Shown: in pieces, positions 1 through 8,451 of the stretch
Layout of the letters: each line of letters begins with the position of its first letter
Position numbering within the stretch: the stretch's first letter is position 1
Assembly: GCF_003231495.1 (NCBI RefSeq)
Contig: NZ_PQWO01000003.1
Span: forward strand, 270,001-302,000
Direction of reading: 5' to 3'
DNA from: Acaryochloris thomasi RCC1774
GTDB lineage: Bacteria; Cyanobacteriota; Cyanobacteriia; Thermosynechococcales; Thermosynechococcaceae
Length of the DNA stretch: 32,000 bases
Translations under genes and position numbers: made by a program
Notes under the pieces: model-generated
The model's database searches: none
What the model was told of the DNA's origin: nothing
What the model saw: only the letters and a program-made list of their open reading frames with translations

Positions 1-405
<405 letters not shown>

Positions 406-432
406 GCGTACCGCTCCCTCAGGTATACGACA

Positions 433-465
433 TCTAGAGCGCAGGCCTATTGGCTGCGCTCTAGA
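433..465. terminator. Perfect 12-bp-stem hairpin between convergent rpoC2 and thiE; putative bidirectional terminator or RNA-stability element
   Basis: TCTAGAGCGCAG (433-444) and CTGCGCTCTAGA (454-465) are exact reverse complements with a 9-nt loop. The right arm encodes the last thiE codons and the loop contains the thiE stop (447-449). The flanking U-tracts are weak. Confidence 0.45.
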
Positions 466-1517
466 TTATGACCCGGAAACTTCTTAAGAAGTCTCTGGGT
501 TATTTCTGTCGGATTTGGATCCTGCATAATTGCTCGCACCACTGCTGCTTTTTCTGCTCCAGCAGCTAGTACCTCGGTTAAGTTCTGTTCGTCAATGCCG
601 CCGATTGCATACCAGGGCATTGGGGAATTTTGAGAGACATATTGAATGTAATCTAGCCCGACGGGTGCTTTACCCACTTTGGTTGGTGTGGCAAAAATCG
701 GACCTACGCCAATGTAATCAGCTTTTTCTTTAATGGCTCGCTCCATTTCGTCAACGTTTGTTGTCGACCGACCAACAACTTTTTCGGGACCGAGAATTTG
801 GCGAGCGAGGGCCATTGGAACATCTTGTTGACCCAGGTGGACACCATCGGCGTTAACGGCCAGCGCAATATCAACACGATCGTTGACGATAAAGAGCGCA
901 TCATGCTGATGGCAGAGCTGACAAAGCTGATGGGCGGTGTGCAAGCGTTCGCTGTCAGATGAGTCTTTGTCCCGATGCTGTACTAACTTCAAGCCGCCCT
1001 TCAAGGCTGCTTTTACTGTTGCAACTAAGGTTTCACTAGGGGAAGTCACAAGATATAGGTCAGGTAGAGTGTATGGATCTCGTAGAAGCCTGCTTCTCAA
1101 AGATGAATGGTGTGTAGCTCGAGACAATTGGCTTTCGAGGGTGTAAATTTGATATCGCATCTGCTTGCAAATGTCTGCCATTGCGGGTTCGCAAAGCTTG
1201 CTGTATTCTTCCAGCACCCTTAGTGATTCTTGAGTACGGGCGAGATTGGCTTGTAGAACAGCGTCAGGACTGGCCCGAGACTGCTCTTGAATGTGGGTTA
1301 GCTGTGTGCCTGGATCGTGGAGAGTATCGCGAGCCTGCCGGAAAATTGGCCGGTGTAACTGGGCTAATTCATGACGCAGATGCTTGCACTGGTCTGCTAG
1401 CTCAAGGTCCCGCAGACTAAAGCGACACCACTCTTCGATGACGCGGATTCCCTCACGGGCACGATCAAGGTTCGCATCCAAGATACGGTAGATGGCAGAA
1501 TTATGCGGCTTCTCCAT
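447..1517 (-). CDS. thiE: Thiamine-phosphate synthase (ThiE) with a ~140-aa N-terminal extension
   Basis: The C-terminal ~210 aa show the TMP-synthase fold signature (LYLVTSP..., VQHRDKD, FIVNDRVDIALAVNADGVHLGQQD, GVGPIFATPTK, AIGGI). The long helical N-terminal extension is typical of cyanobacterial ThiE. Confidence 0.85.
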   Translation of the reverse strand: MEKPHNSAIYRILDANLDRAREGIRVIEEWCRFSLRDLELADQCKHLRHELAQLHRPIFRQARDTLHDPGTQLTHIQEQSRASPDAVLQANLARTQESLRVLEEYSKLCEPAMADICKQMRYQIYTLESQLSRATHHSSLRSRLLRDPYTLPDLYLVTSPSETLVATVKAALKGGLKLVQHRDKDSSDSERLHTAHQLCQLCHQHDALFIVNDRVDIALAVNADGVHLGQQDVPMALARQILGPEKVVGRSTTNVDEMERAIKEKADYIGVGPIFATPTKVGKAPVGLDYIQYVSQNSPMPWYAIGGIDEQNLTEVLAAGAEKAAVVRAIMQDPNPTEITQRLLKKFPGHNLERSQ

Positions 1518-1590
1518 TGTTTTAGAGATTGGGGTGGACAGGTAAAAATTAGTTTCTTCTGCAGTACTTGTTTACAAAGTCGACATAAAA

Positions 1591-3900
1591 TCAAGGTTTT
1601 CCGAGGGTTTGTAGCAGTTGTCCCGTCATTAGTTGCCAAACCCGGATGGTATTGTCTTCGCTACCGCTGACGACAATCGCGCCGTCGGGACTAACGCTCA
1701 ACGCCGAAATTTCACCGCTGTGTCCTTTGAGGGTCTGGACTAACTGAGCATCCTGTAAGCGCCAAAGCTTGATCAGGCTGTCGCTGCTACCGCTGGCCAA
1801 GACTGCGTTATTTGTGCTGAGCGCTAACGCAGAAATGGCTTGGCCATGTCCAGGCAAGGCTCTGATCAGCTGACCTGTTTGCATGTTCCAAAGATGGATG
1901 GCGCCTCCTAAACCTCCGCTGGCCAACTGACGACCATTCTGGCCAACGGCTAGGGCACTTGTAAACTGCATTGTCTTGATCGCATCCCAGTCATTCACAT
2001 TGGGAAAGCTGCGTCGAAACTGTCCCGTTGGGATGTCCCACAGCTTGATTTGGCCATCACTGGTACTGCTAATTAAGGTCTGGGCATCAGGGGTAACGGT
2101 AATGGCTTGGGAGGTTGATACTGAACCTGGCTCAATTTGCCGAACTTCATTGGTTCGTAAGTCTCGGAGCAAAATGGTACCGTCCCAGGCTACGGAGGCT
2201 AGGATTGTTCCACTGCTATCCAACGTTTTGCCGACGGTCTGCCCTCCAGCTTCCTGTAAATTTAAGCGATTACGAGGCTCCCCTGTTGCGAAATCCCACA
2301 GCAAAACTTTGCCGCTGGCGCTGCGACTGACCAGTATTTTCCCCCGATCGGCAAACTGGACGGAGGTAACGGGTTCATAGTGACCAGATAAGGTACGTAG
2401 TAGCTTCCCGGTCTGCAGATTCCAAATTTTGATCATAAAATCTTGGCTACCGCTGACTAGAAATCGACTGTCAGGGCTGATTGCAAGGGTCGAGACCCGA
2501 TCTCCATGGCCTCGTTGACTTGTTGAGGCTCTTATAGATTCAGGCTTCGGTATTTTGGAACCGGGAAGTGTAGTGGATAACCATTCAAAGGAGCGGGTCA
2601 GCTGTTGGTCAAAGGAGCGCTCTAAAGATTGAGGGATGCTCCCGCGTAGATCGGGCAACAATAAAATTGCGAGGCCCGCTAAGCTAGACAGACAAAGAAA
2701 ACTGCCCACCACTGCTTTCGAAGGAGTCGGCAAGCGGATCAGGGCCGACCGATGCCTAGTGGAAGGGGATGGCAGGCTGCTAGAGGAGTGACGCTTGTTT
2801 GAGGTAGACCGTCTGAGAGAAGTTGGTTTTCTAGGGGAGGCGGTTCCGCGAGGCTTGGGGGCCGGGCGAACTTTTGGCTTGGGTTTTGGACTGAAGATAT
2901 CAATGTTGAGCTTGGATTTGCGATCGCACCAATAGCACCGACCATAGCTGAGGCTATAAAGATGATTGGTCTCTATTTTGCAGGTCATCAGATCCTTGCG
3001 AGCCAGCCTTAACGCCCTCACCCAATCAGCTGCAGTAGGTCGATTCTGGGGTTGCCGATGTCCCTTGGAGAAGCAACGGTGAAAGCAATCCTGCAGTTCA
3101 GGATGCACGATGGATAAAGCAATGGTGTGGGGGCCGGGCTGAATCAGGCTGTCTTTTCCAAAGGGCCAGTATCCGGCCTTAATTAACTCTGATGGCTGCG
3201 GTGACTCTCCTTTACCCACCCAGCGACCCTTGAACGGTTGGTCGCCAAACAACAGTAAATAGATGATGACTGCTAATCGAAAGCGGTCGTGGATCTCTGT
3301 TTGATCAACCGTTGCCAGATCTTGACCGAGAAGCTCTGCTGGCGTGAAGCCTTCAGAGCCAACAAGGCATCGATAGAGCTCACGCGTGTGGGGGTCACGT
3401 ACCTGAAAGGAATCAGCATCAATGACAGAAACCAGAGCCTGATTATTGACCAAGATATTCTGAGGTTTGACGTCACCGACGACGTAATCTTCTTGGTGCA
3501 GCGACTGCATCGCCAGCGCAATATTCAACGCGGCGGTGTGCAGATAGTACCAGTTGAAGCGAGGAGCTTTCCGACTGCGCAGCTTCGCATTGTAGATCGT
3601 TGAAAGCTTAACGCTGCTGTCCACCTCCGGCATTAGAAAACCTAGGCATTGCCCCTGAGAGTCCTGCAGCAAATCGTGGGGCCATGCAAAGGTAATATGC
3701 CCGTGTTCCGTCATCGGATCGCGAGGGGGGTGGGCTACCATCACCTGCAGCTTTTTCACCCTTTCAGGGGTCGCTGTATGGTACAGCTTTGCCAGGTATC
3801 CTTTAAGACTAGTCTGCCAGACCGTTCCTTCACCGCTATTGGCAATTTGATCCGTCAACTGGACGGACTGACCTGCAATCATGCGCAGCAGAACCGTCAT
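1591..3900 (-). CDS. Ser/Thr protein kinase-like protein (YegI/TerY-P-type) with Cys cluster, basic S/P-rich linker, one TM helix and C-terminal 7-blade WD40 propeller
   Basis: 769 aa. The kinase core has SGEGTVW (G-loop-like), LAKLY (Lys), VGDVKPQNILV (catalytic loop), VIDADSF (DFG-equivalent) and GFTPAEL. It is followed by C-x13-C-x2-C, then a K/R/S/P-rich stretch (aa 337-395), then AVVGSFLCLSSLAGLAILLL (aa 396-415). Seven WD-type blades end in IWNL, LWDF, LRDL, LWDI, LWNM, LWRL and VWQL. The ATG overlaps the upstream stop (ATGA). Confidence 0.85.
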   Translation of the reverse strand: MTVLLRMIAGQSVQLTDQIANSGEGTVWQTSLKGYLAKLYHTATPERVKKLQVMVAHPPRDPMTEHGHITFAWPHDLLQDSQGQCLGFLMPEVDSSVKLSTIYNAKLRSRKAPRFNWYYLHTAALNIALAMQSLHQEDYVVGDVKPQNILVNNQALVSVIDADSFQVRDPHTRELYRCLVGSEGFTPAELLGQDLATVDQTEIHDRFRLAVIIYLLLFGDQPFKGRWVGKGESPQPSELIKAGYWPFGKDSLIQPGPHTIALSIVHPELQDCFHRCFSKGHRQPQNRPTAADWVRALRLARKDLMTCKIETNHLYSLSYGRCYWCDRKSKLNIDIFSPKPKPKVRPAPKPRGTASPRKPTSLRRSTSNKRHSSSSLPSPSTRHRSALIRLPTPSKAVVGSFLCLSSLAGLAILLLPDLRGSIPQSLERSFDQQLTRSFEWLSTTLPGSKIPKPESIRASTSQRGHGDRVSTLAISPDSRFLVSGSQDFMIKIWNLQTGKLLRTLSGHYEPVTSVQFADRGKILVSRSASGKVLLWDFATGEPRNRLNLQEAGGQTVGKTLDSSGTILASVAWDGTILLRDLRTNEVRQIEPGSVSTSQAITVTPDAQTLISSTSDGQIKLWDIPTGQFRRSFPNVNDWDAIKTMQFTSALAVGQNGRQLASGGLGGAIHLWNMQTGQLIRALPGHGQAISALALSTNNAVLASGSSDSLIKLWRLQDAQLVQTLKGHSGEISALSVSPDGAIVVSGSEDNTIRVWQLMTGQLLQTLGKP
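2920..2927. repeat. HIP1 octamer GCGATCGC
   Basis: Exact match read in the sequence. Confidence 0.95.
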
Positions 3901-4670
3901 TGACCCTGCTCACAAAGGCACATCAGCAGCGTTTTATCATCATCGGTTTTAGCGTTGAGACGGTCAGAATTGAGGAACGTCTCTAGATATACCTGTCGCT
4001 CTGCCGGATCATCCATTGTCTGCAAACAGGACATAAACGGCGCAAAGAAGGGAGGATGCGGTTGCCAATCATGGAAGCGAATGGCAACCTTCTCTAAGCC
4101 ATCGGTGGCGGCACATACGAGGGGCTGTTCCCCGGACTTGACCGCAACCTGCATAGCATCTAAGGCATGCTCTGAAGTCACAAAGACTGTTTCATTGATA
4201 TACTCTCCTTTCTCTGGCTGAAAAAGAAGCTGATACGGCTCCGTTTCTGACATTTTTGCCACAATGAAGCCATCTCCTATCTGCATCGCAGCAATCCAGG
4301 TGGGGGTGGCGATAAAGGTTAACAGCGTACAGCCTAGATCTCGCAGGGCGTAGCCACCAGCCTGGGCTTCTTGATCAAGGGCCAACACCGCCGCATCTAA
4401 TGCACTTTCAAAAATGGCCTGCGCTTGCGTCTCAATGACCTCTCGCTCTAAAGAAGATTGGCTAGAGAGCCATCTTTCTAGATTTGAGAGTACTGTTTTA
4501 ACGGCAAGTTGAGACCCAATATCTGAATATTTGGCGCTGCCCGCTCCGTCAGCAACTGCACCAATGATGCTGTGCTCGCAGGTCACAAAGTCACCATAGT
4601 CCTGGCAGGGAACGCCCCGCTGTAGATGCCGGGTCCCCATCGCTGAATGAACAGTCGCTCTCCAGACCAC
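3897..4670 (-). CDS. PP2C-family protein phosphatase (TerY-P triad / YegK-PphC-like)
   Basis: The N-terminus VWRATVHSAMGTRHLQRGVPCQDYG and the later AVADGAGS, MQIGDG and ATDGL blocks fit PP2C-like phosphatases. I place the start at GTG 4670 because AGGAG (4680-4676) lies 5 nt upstream. The ORF stays open to a TTG at 4730, so the start is uncertain. The stop overlaps the kinase ATG. Confidence 0.8.
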   Translation of the reverse strand: MVWRATVHSAMGTRHLQRGVPCQDYGDFVTCEHSIIGAVADGAGSAKYSDIGSQLAVKTVLSNLERWLSSQSSLEREVIETQAQAIFESALDAAVLALDQEAQAGGYALRDLGCTLLTFIATPTWIAAMQIGDGFIVAKMSETEPYQLLFQPEKGEYINETVFVTSEHALDAMQVAVKSGEQPLVCAATDGLEKVAIRFHDWQPHPPFFAPFMSCLQTMDDPAERQVYLETFLNSDRLNAKTDDDKTLLMCLCEQGQ

Positions 4671-4774
4671 AGCCACTCCTTTGCACGGTTTAATCGTTGT
4701 GATGCTTAGGTCACCCCAGGGATACCACAAGCTAAGAACTACAGATATTCTCTCGGTTATTGGGCTACAGGTTA

Positions 4775-5437
4775 TTAAGTTGCAATCTGTCCCCAGCCAA
4801 CAGGCGGCAGCGCCACCATATCGCCGCCAACGGTGCTGCTGGAAACGCGAACCATCGAGTCACTTAACCAGAGGAACATGGACCGAAAGTCTAGACCGTT
4901 TAGCATCAGAGGCGGTCGCTCTGCAGGGGCGATTTGGCTAAGCGTGTAGATATCCGCGCCCTGGACGCCGACAGCAAAAAATGACATCTTACGTTGGGCT
5001 TCAGCTTCTCGAATACGCTGGGCGGCCTGTTGCCAGGGTGAGGTTGGGTTGGGTGCTCCATCGGTAATTAGAAACACCCAAGGTCGATAGTATTGAATCC
5101 CATTAGTACGATAGGTTTGCTTACGATCTTCAAGGAGATCGAGGGCGTAGGTCAACGCTTCTCCCATAGGCGTTAATCCCTGGGCGACTAAGGTCGGTGG
5201 GACAAAGTGGTCAATGGTAACGAAGTCCTGGACCAGTTCCACGGGGCCAAAGCTGACGATCGCAACATCCACTCTCAGGGCGGCCTGCTCATCTTGGAGA
5301 ATTGCATCTTGAAATGCTTCTAGGCCCGTATTGAGAGCGGCCATAGGCGCACCCTGCATTGAACTAGAGGTATCTACCAATAAAATTACAGGGCACCGAT
5401 TCTCGGGATTTTCAACAAATTCCGGTTGTCCTACCAT
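4775..5437 (-). CDS. von Willebrand factor A (vWA) domain protein, TerY/YegL-like
   Basis: 220 aa. It has a MIDAS motif in VILLVDTSSSMQG, a later LTPMGEAL block and WVFLITDGAPN. ATG at 5437 is preceded by GAGGA. Confidence 0.85.
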   Translation of the reverse strand: MVGQPEFVENPENRCPVILLVDTSSSMQGAPMAALNTGLEAFQDAILQDEQAALRVDVAIVSFGPVELVQDFVTIDHFVPPTLVAQGLTPMGEALTYALDLLEDRKQTYRTNGIQYYRPWVFLITDGAPNPTSPWQQAAQRIREAEAQRKMSFFAVGVQGADIYTLSQIAPAERPPLMLNGLDFRSMFLWLSDSMVRVSSSTVGGDMVALPPVGWGQIAT

Positions 5438-5596
5438 TATTTCCTCGTTGTGAAGGCCAAAGCGCTGCCTCGGCCCATCATAGACGCCGACTAAACCTCC
5501 TTGTAGGTTATCCTATATCGTCTTTGACCGGCAACAATTGGCTGAGTCGAGACCAAAAAAGGCTAATAAAGACCGTTTTGGCGCGAACGGATGCAA

Positions 5597-7870
5597 TTAT
5601 TCTTGCGGTTCTTGCCGCTGGCACTCTTCAAGCTGACTGACGCGGCGCAGCTTCAGAATATCGCTCATTTGTCGAATGCGGGCGCTGATTTGGTCCAGCT
5701 GGTTGCAGTGTTCAATATCTAGCCCCAGTGTAATCAAGGCGGTTTGTCCTGGAAAGGTTTTAACTTGTGCTTTATGAACGTTGACTTTGTTGTCCGTTAG
5801 GCGAGTCAAAATATCCTTGAGGACGCCAACGCGATCGATCACCTCAATCTGCAGCTCGATGGGATAGGTGGGTTGGCGTTTACTCTGTGGCTTTGGGGTG
5901 TTCCAACTTACGGGAATAACGCGATCTCCGGGAATATTCTCGACATTGGAACACCCCTGACGGTGAATCGAGATTCCCCGATTACTCAAGGTAATTACAC
6001 CAATAATCGACTCGCCAGGAATTGGATGGCAGCAGCCAGCGATGTGATAGACCAAGCCTTCGACGCCCAGGATTGGAGAATCACTGGTTTTCTCGGGGCG
6101 TTGGGCTGCAGTGCTGGAGACGAGGTTGATATCTTTAGCTTCTGTGGCCAGGTCATGGCCGTTTTTCGCCTGCTCGTCTCGATTGGTCTCTCGAATGCGA
6201 TTGACGACTAGGTTGAGCGTGATCTCGCCATACCCTAGCCCTGCTAGCAGATCTTCTGGGGTCGAGTAGTTACAGCGCTGGGCAACCGCCTGCATCGGTT
6301 CAGATTTAAGTAGGGCGTCAAACCCTTTTTTGCCCAGCTCTTTCTCTAACATGCTGCGACCCCGGTCGATGTTCTCATCCCGGTGCGATCGCTTGTACCA
6401 TTGCCGAATGCGATTGCGGGCAGAGGTAGAGGTGGCAAAGTTGAGCCAGTCCAGGCTGGGATGGGCGCTTTTTTGGGTCATGACTTCGACGATGTCGCCG
6501 TTGGTGAGGGCGGTATCGAGGGTAACCATCCGACCATTAACGCGCGCCCCGCAGCAGTGATTGCCGACTTCGGTATGAATGCGATAGGCAAAGTCAACGG
6601 GGGTCGCGCCACGCCCCAGTGCAACTAGATCTCCCTTGGGAGTGAAGATGTAGACTTCGCTGTCGAAGAGATCTTCCTTGACGTTATCGAGGAATTCTTG
6701 GGCGTCTTTGAGGTCACTCTGCCATTCTAAAAGCTGCCGCAGCCAGGTGAATTTTTCATCGGCAGCGTTCCATTGCCCGCCGCGAGAATTACCGGATTCT
6801 TTGTATTTCCAGTGGGCGGCAATTCCCAGCTCGGCAATGTGGTGCATTTCTTGGGTACGGATTTGTACTTCTACGGGGCGTCCCCCTAGGCCAATGACGA
6901 CAGTATGGAGGGATTGATAGCGGTTGGGCTTGGGGAGGCCAATATAGTCTTTGAAGCGTCCAGGAATCGGTCGGAAGCAGTCATGGACGATGGCTAGGGC
7001 GCGATAGCATTCGTCGTGGGTGCTGACGATTACTCGGACGGCGGCGACGTCGAAAATTTGATGGAAACCCTTTTGCTGCCGCTCCATTTTTTGATGGATG
7101 CTGTACAGATGTTTGGGGCGACCCGTAATCTCTAAATGACTGAGGTTGAGGGAGCTGAAACGGCTCTGGAGGGTTGCGATCGCATCTTCAATCTGCGCCT
7201 CTCGATCCGCTCTCTTTTCTGCGATCAGCGTCTGCATCTCTCGATAGTCTTCAGACTCTAGATACTTGAAAGCCAGATCTTCGAGTTCCCATTTAAAGCG
7301 CCAAATCCCTAGGCGATTCGCCAGGGGAGCAAAAACATCTCTCGTCTCTTGGGCAATGCGGCGCTGCTTGGCCAGAGGTAAATGCTCCAAGGTGCGCATA
7401 TTGTGGAGGCGGTCCGCTAGCTTAACCACAATCACTCGAATATCTTGGGCCATCGCCAAAAACATGCGGCGAAAATTTTCAGCTTCCCGCTCCGTCTTCG
7501 TCGAGAAATTGAACTTTGAGATTTTGGTCACCCCTTCTACTAGGTGCCGCACCTCAGCCCCGAAATCTTCCTCGAGCTGCTCTAGCGTAATGTCAGTATC
7601 TTCAACAACATCATGCAAGAAGCCCGCTGCGATCATCGAACCGCTCCCCCCCAGCTCCCGCAATAGACCCGCCACCGCCACCGGATGAGCAATGTAAGGC
7701 TCCCCAGATGCTCGGCGCTGCCCCTCATGAAGCTGATAACCGAATTGAAAAGCCTGGCAGATCAGTTGTGCGTCTGATGGACTCTTTCCAGCCTCTCCAT
7801 CAACCTCAATCATGCAGCTTTGCAACCAGTCAGGGAGTTGAAGATCAGAAGGGATGGTTGCCAGGTTCAT
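5597..7870 (-). CDS. spoT: Bifunctional (p)ppGpp synthetase/hydrolase (RelA/SpoT homologue)
   Basis: 757 aa. Contains an HD hydrolase motif (FLHDVVEDT), a synthetase block (RFKDYIGLPKPNRYQSLHT), a TGS region and a C-terminal ACT-like domain. Confidence 0.95.
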   Translation of the reverse strand: MNLATIPSDLQLPDWLQSCMIEVDGEAGKSPSDAQLICQAFQFGYQLHEGQRRASGEPYIAHPVAVAGLLRELGGSGSMIAAGFLHDVVEDTDITLEQLEEDFGAEVRHLVEGVTKISKFNFSTKTEREAENFRRMFLAMAQDIRVIVVKLADRLHNMRTLEHLPLAKQRRIAQETRDVFAPLANRLGIWRFKWELEDLAFKYLESEDYREMQTLIAEKRADREAQIEDAIATLQSRFSSLNLSHLEITGRPKHLYSIHQKMERQQKGFHQIFDVAAVRVIVSTHDECYRALAIVHDCFRPIPGRFKDYIGLPKPNRYQSLHTVVIGLGGRPVEVQIRTQEMHHIAELGIAAHWKYKESGNSRGGQWNAADEKFTWLRQLLEWQSDLKDAQEFLDNVKEDLFDSEVYIFTPKGDLVALGRGATPVDFAYRIHTEVGNHCCGARVNGRMVTLDTALTNGDIVEVMTQKSAHPSLDWLNFATSTSARNRIRQWYKRSHRDENIDRGRSMLEKELGKKGFDALLKSEPMQAVAQRCNYSTPEDLLAGLGYGEITLNLVVNRIRETNRDEQAKNGHDLATEAKDINLVSSTAAQRPEKTSDSPILGVEGLVYHIAGCCHPIPGESIIGVITLSNRGISIHRQGCSNVENIPGDRVIPVSWNTPKPQSKRQPTYPIELQIEVIDRVGVLKDILTRLTDNKVNVHKAQVKTFPGQTALITLGLDIEHCNQLDQISARIRQMSDILKLRRVSQLEECQRQEPQE
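6385..6392. repeat. HIP1 octamer GCGATCGC
   Basis: Exact match read in the sequence. Confidence 0.95.
7176..7183. repeat. HIP1 octamer GCGATCGC
   Basis: Exact match read in the sequence. Confidence 0.95.
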
Positions 7871-8451
7871 GTGTTGAGCAGATTATTGAAGGATCAAGAA
7901 ACAGAGGTAAATAGACGGTCCCTGGATAGCATCTATCGCTAGATAACGCTCAAGGATCCCACTCACTTTCTCTATTCTATGTAATATTCTCTCAATGTAT
8001 GGTGACAGATGATCAAAAATTCTGCTTTGAACACAAACTGCGAATTGCCTGCATCCGTAAAAATCGAGAGGGTCTAAGGCTCATGGTGTAAGCAGAGCCT
8101 CACAATCTAAGAGCTTAGGCTATTGAAAACAACTTTATTAGTTATGGATGCAGAAGTAGCGTCCATCCGTGTTCAACTATCTGAAATGTCGAGTCACCAG
8201 CCAATGCAGCAGAACCAGCTTTTAGAAAAAAGCAAGCTGGAATAACACCTGATCAAATCCAGATTTTTACTCTCTAAAGAAAAAAATATACTGTATTAGA
8301 CTTAATCGGTAGAATATCTTTAAATAAAATCAAAAGTTAATTGCGATGCGATAGATAAGAATACCTAAAAAAAACAACAAATGGTAAATCTTGATATGCT
8401 TCTCTTTCAGTTTATCTGAGATAGAAATGTCAGCTCATCCAGGCTTTTGCC

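Noticed and set aside
1397-1639. 80-aa minus-strand ORF bridging the thiE start and the kinase 3' end
   Set aside because: It overlaps two real genes out of frame and has no supporting features.
1976-2380. 134-aa plus-strand ORF, and similar ORFs at 2115-2330, 3289-3603 and 3649-3903
   Set aside because: All lie antisense inside the kinase-WD40 gene and have no recognisable features.
4671-4730. TTG-initiated N-terminal extension of the PP2C gene (MWYPWGDLSITTIKPCKGVA)
   Set aside because: The extension has no homology-like content. A GTG at 4670 with an AGGAG 5 nt upstream gives the family-typical N-terminus. The start remains uncertain.
5438-7870. A functional link between spoT and the downstream vWA/PP2C/kinase triad (same strand, 159-bp gap)
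   Set aside because: Adjacency alone is not evidence. The 159-bp gap with its own GAGGA-ATG context can hold a promoter, and I know of no established association.
8077-8118. Small stem-loops (AGGCTC...GAGCCT, CTAAG..CTTAG) as a possible sRNA or tRNA fragment
   Set aside because: The stems are only 5-6 bp, there is no cloverleaf or terminator context, and this is within chance expectation.
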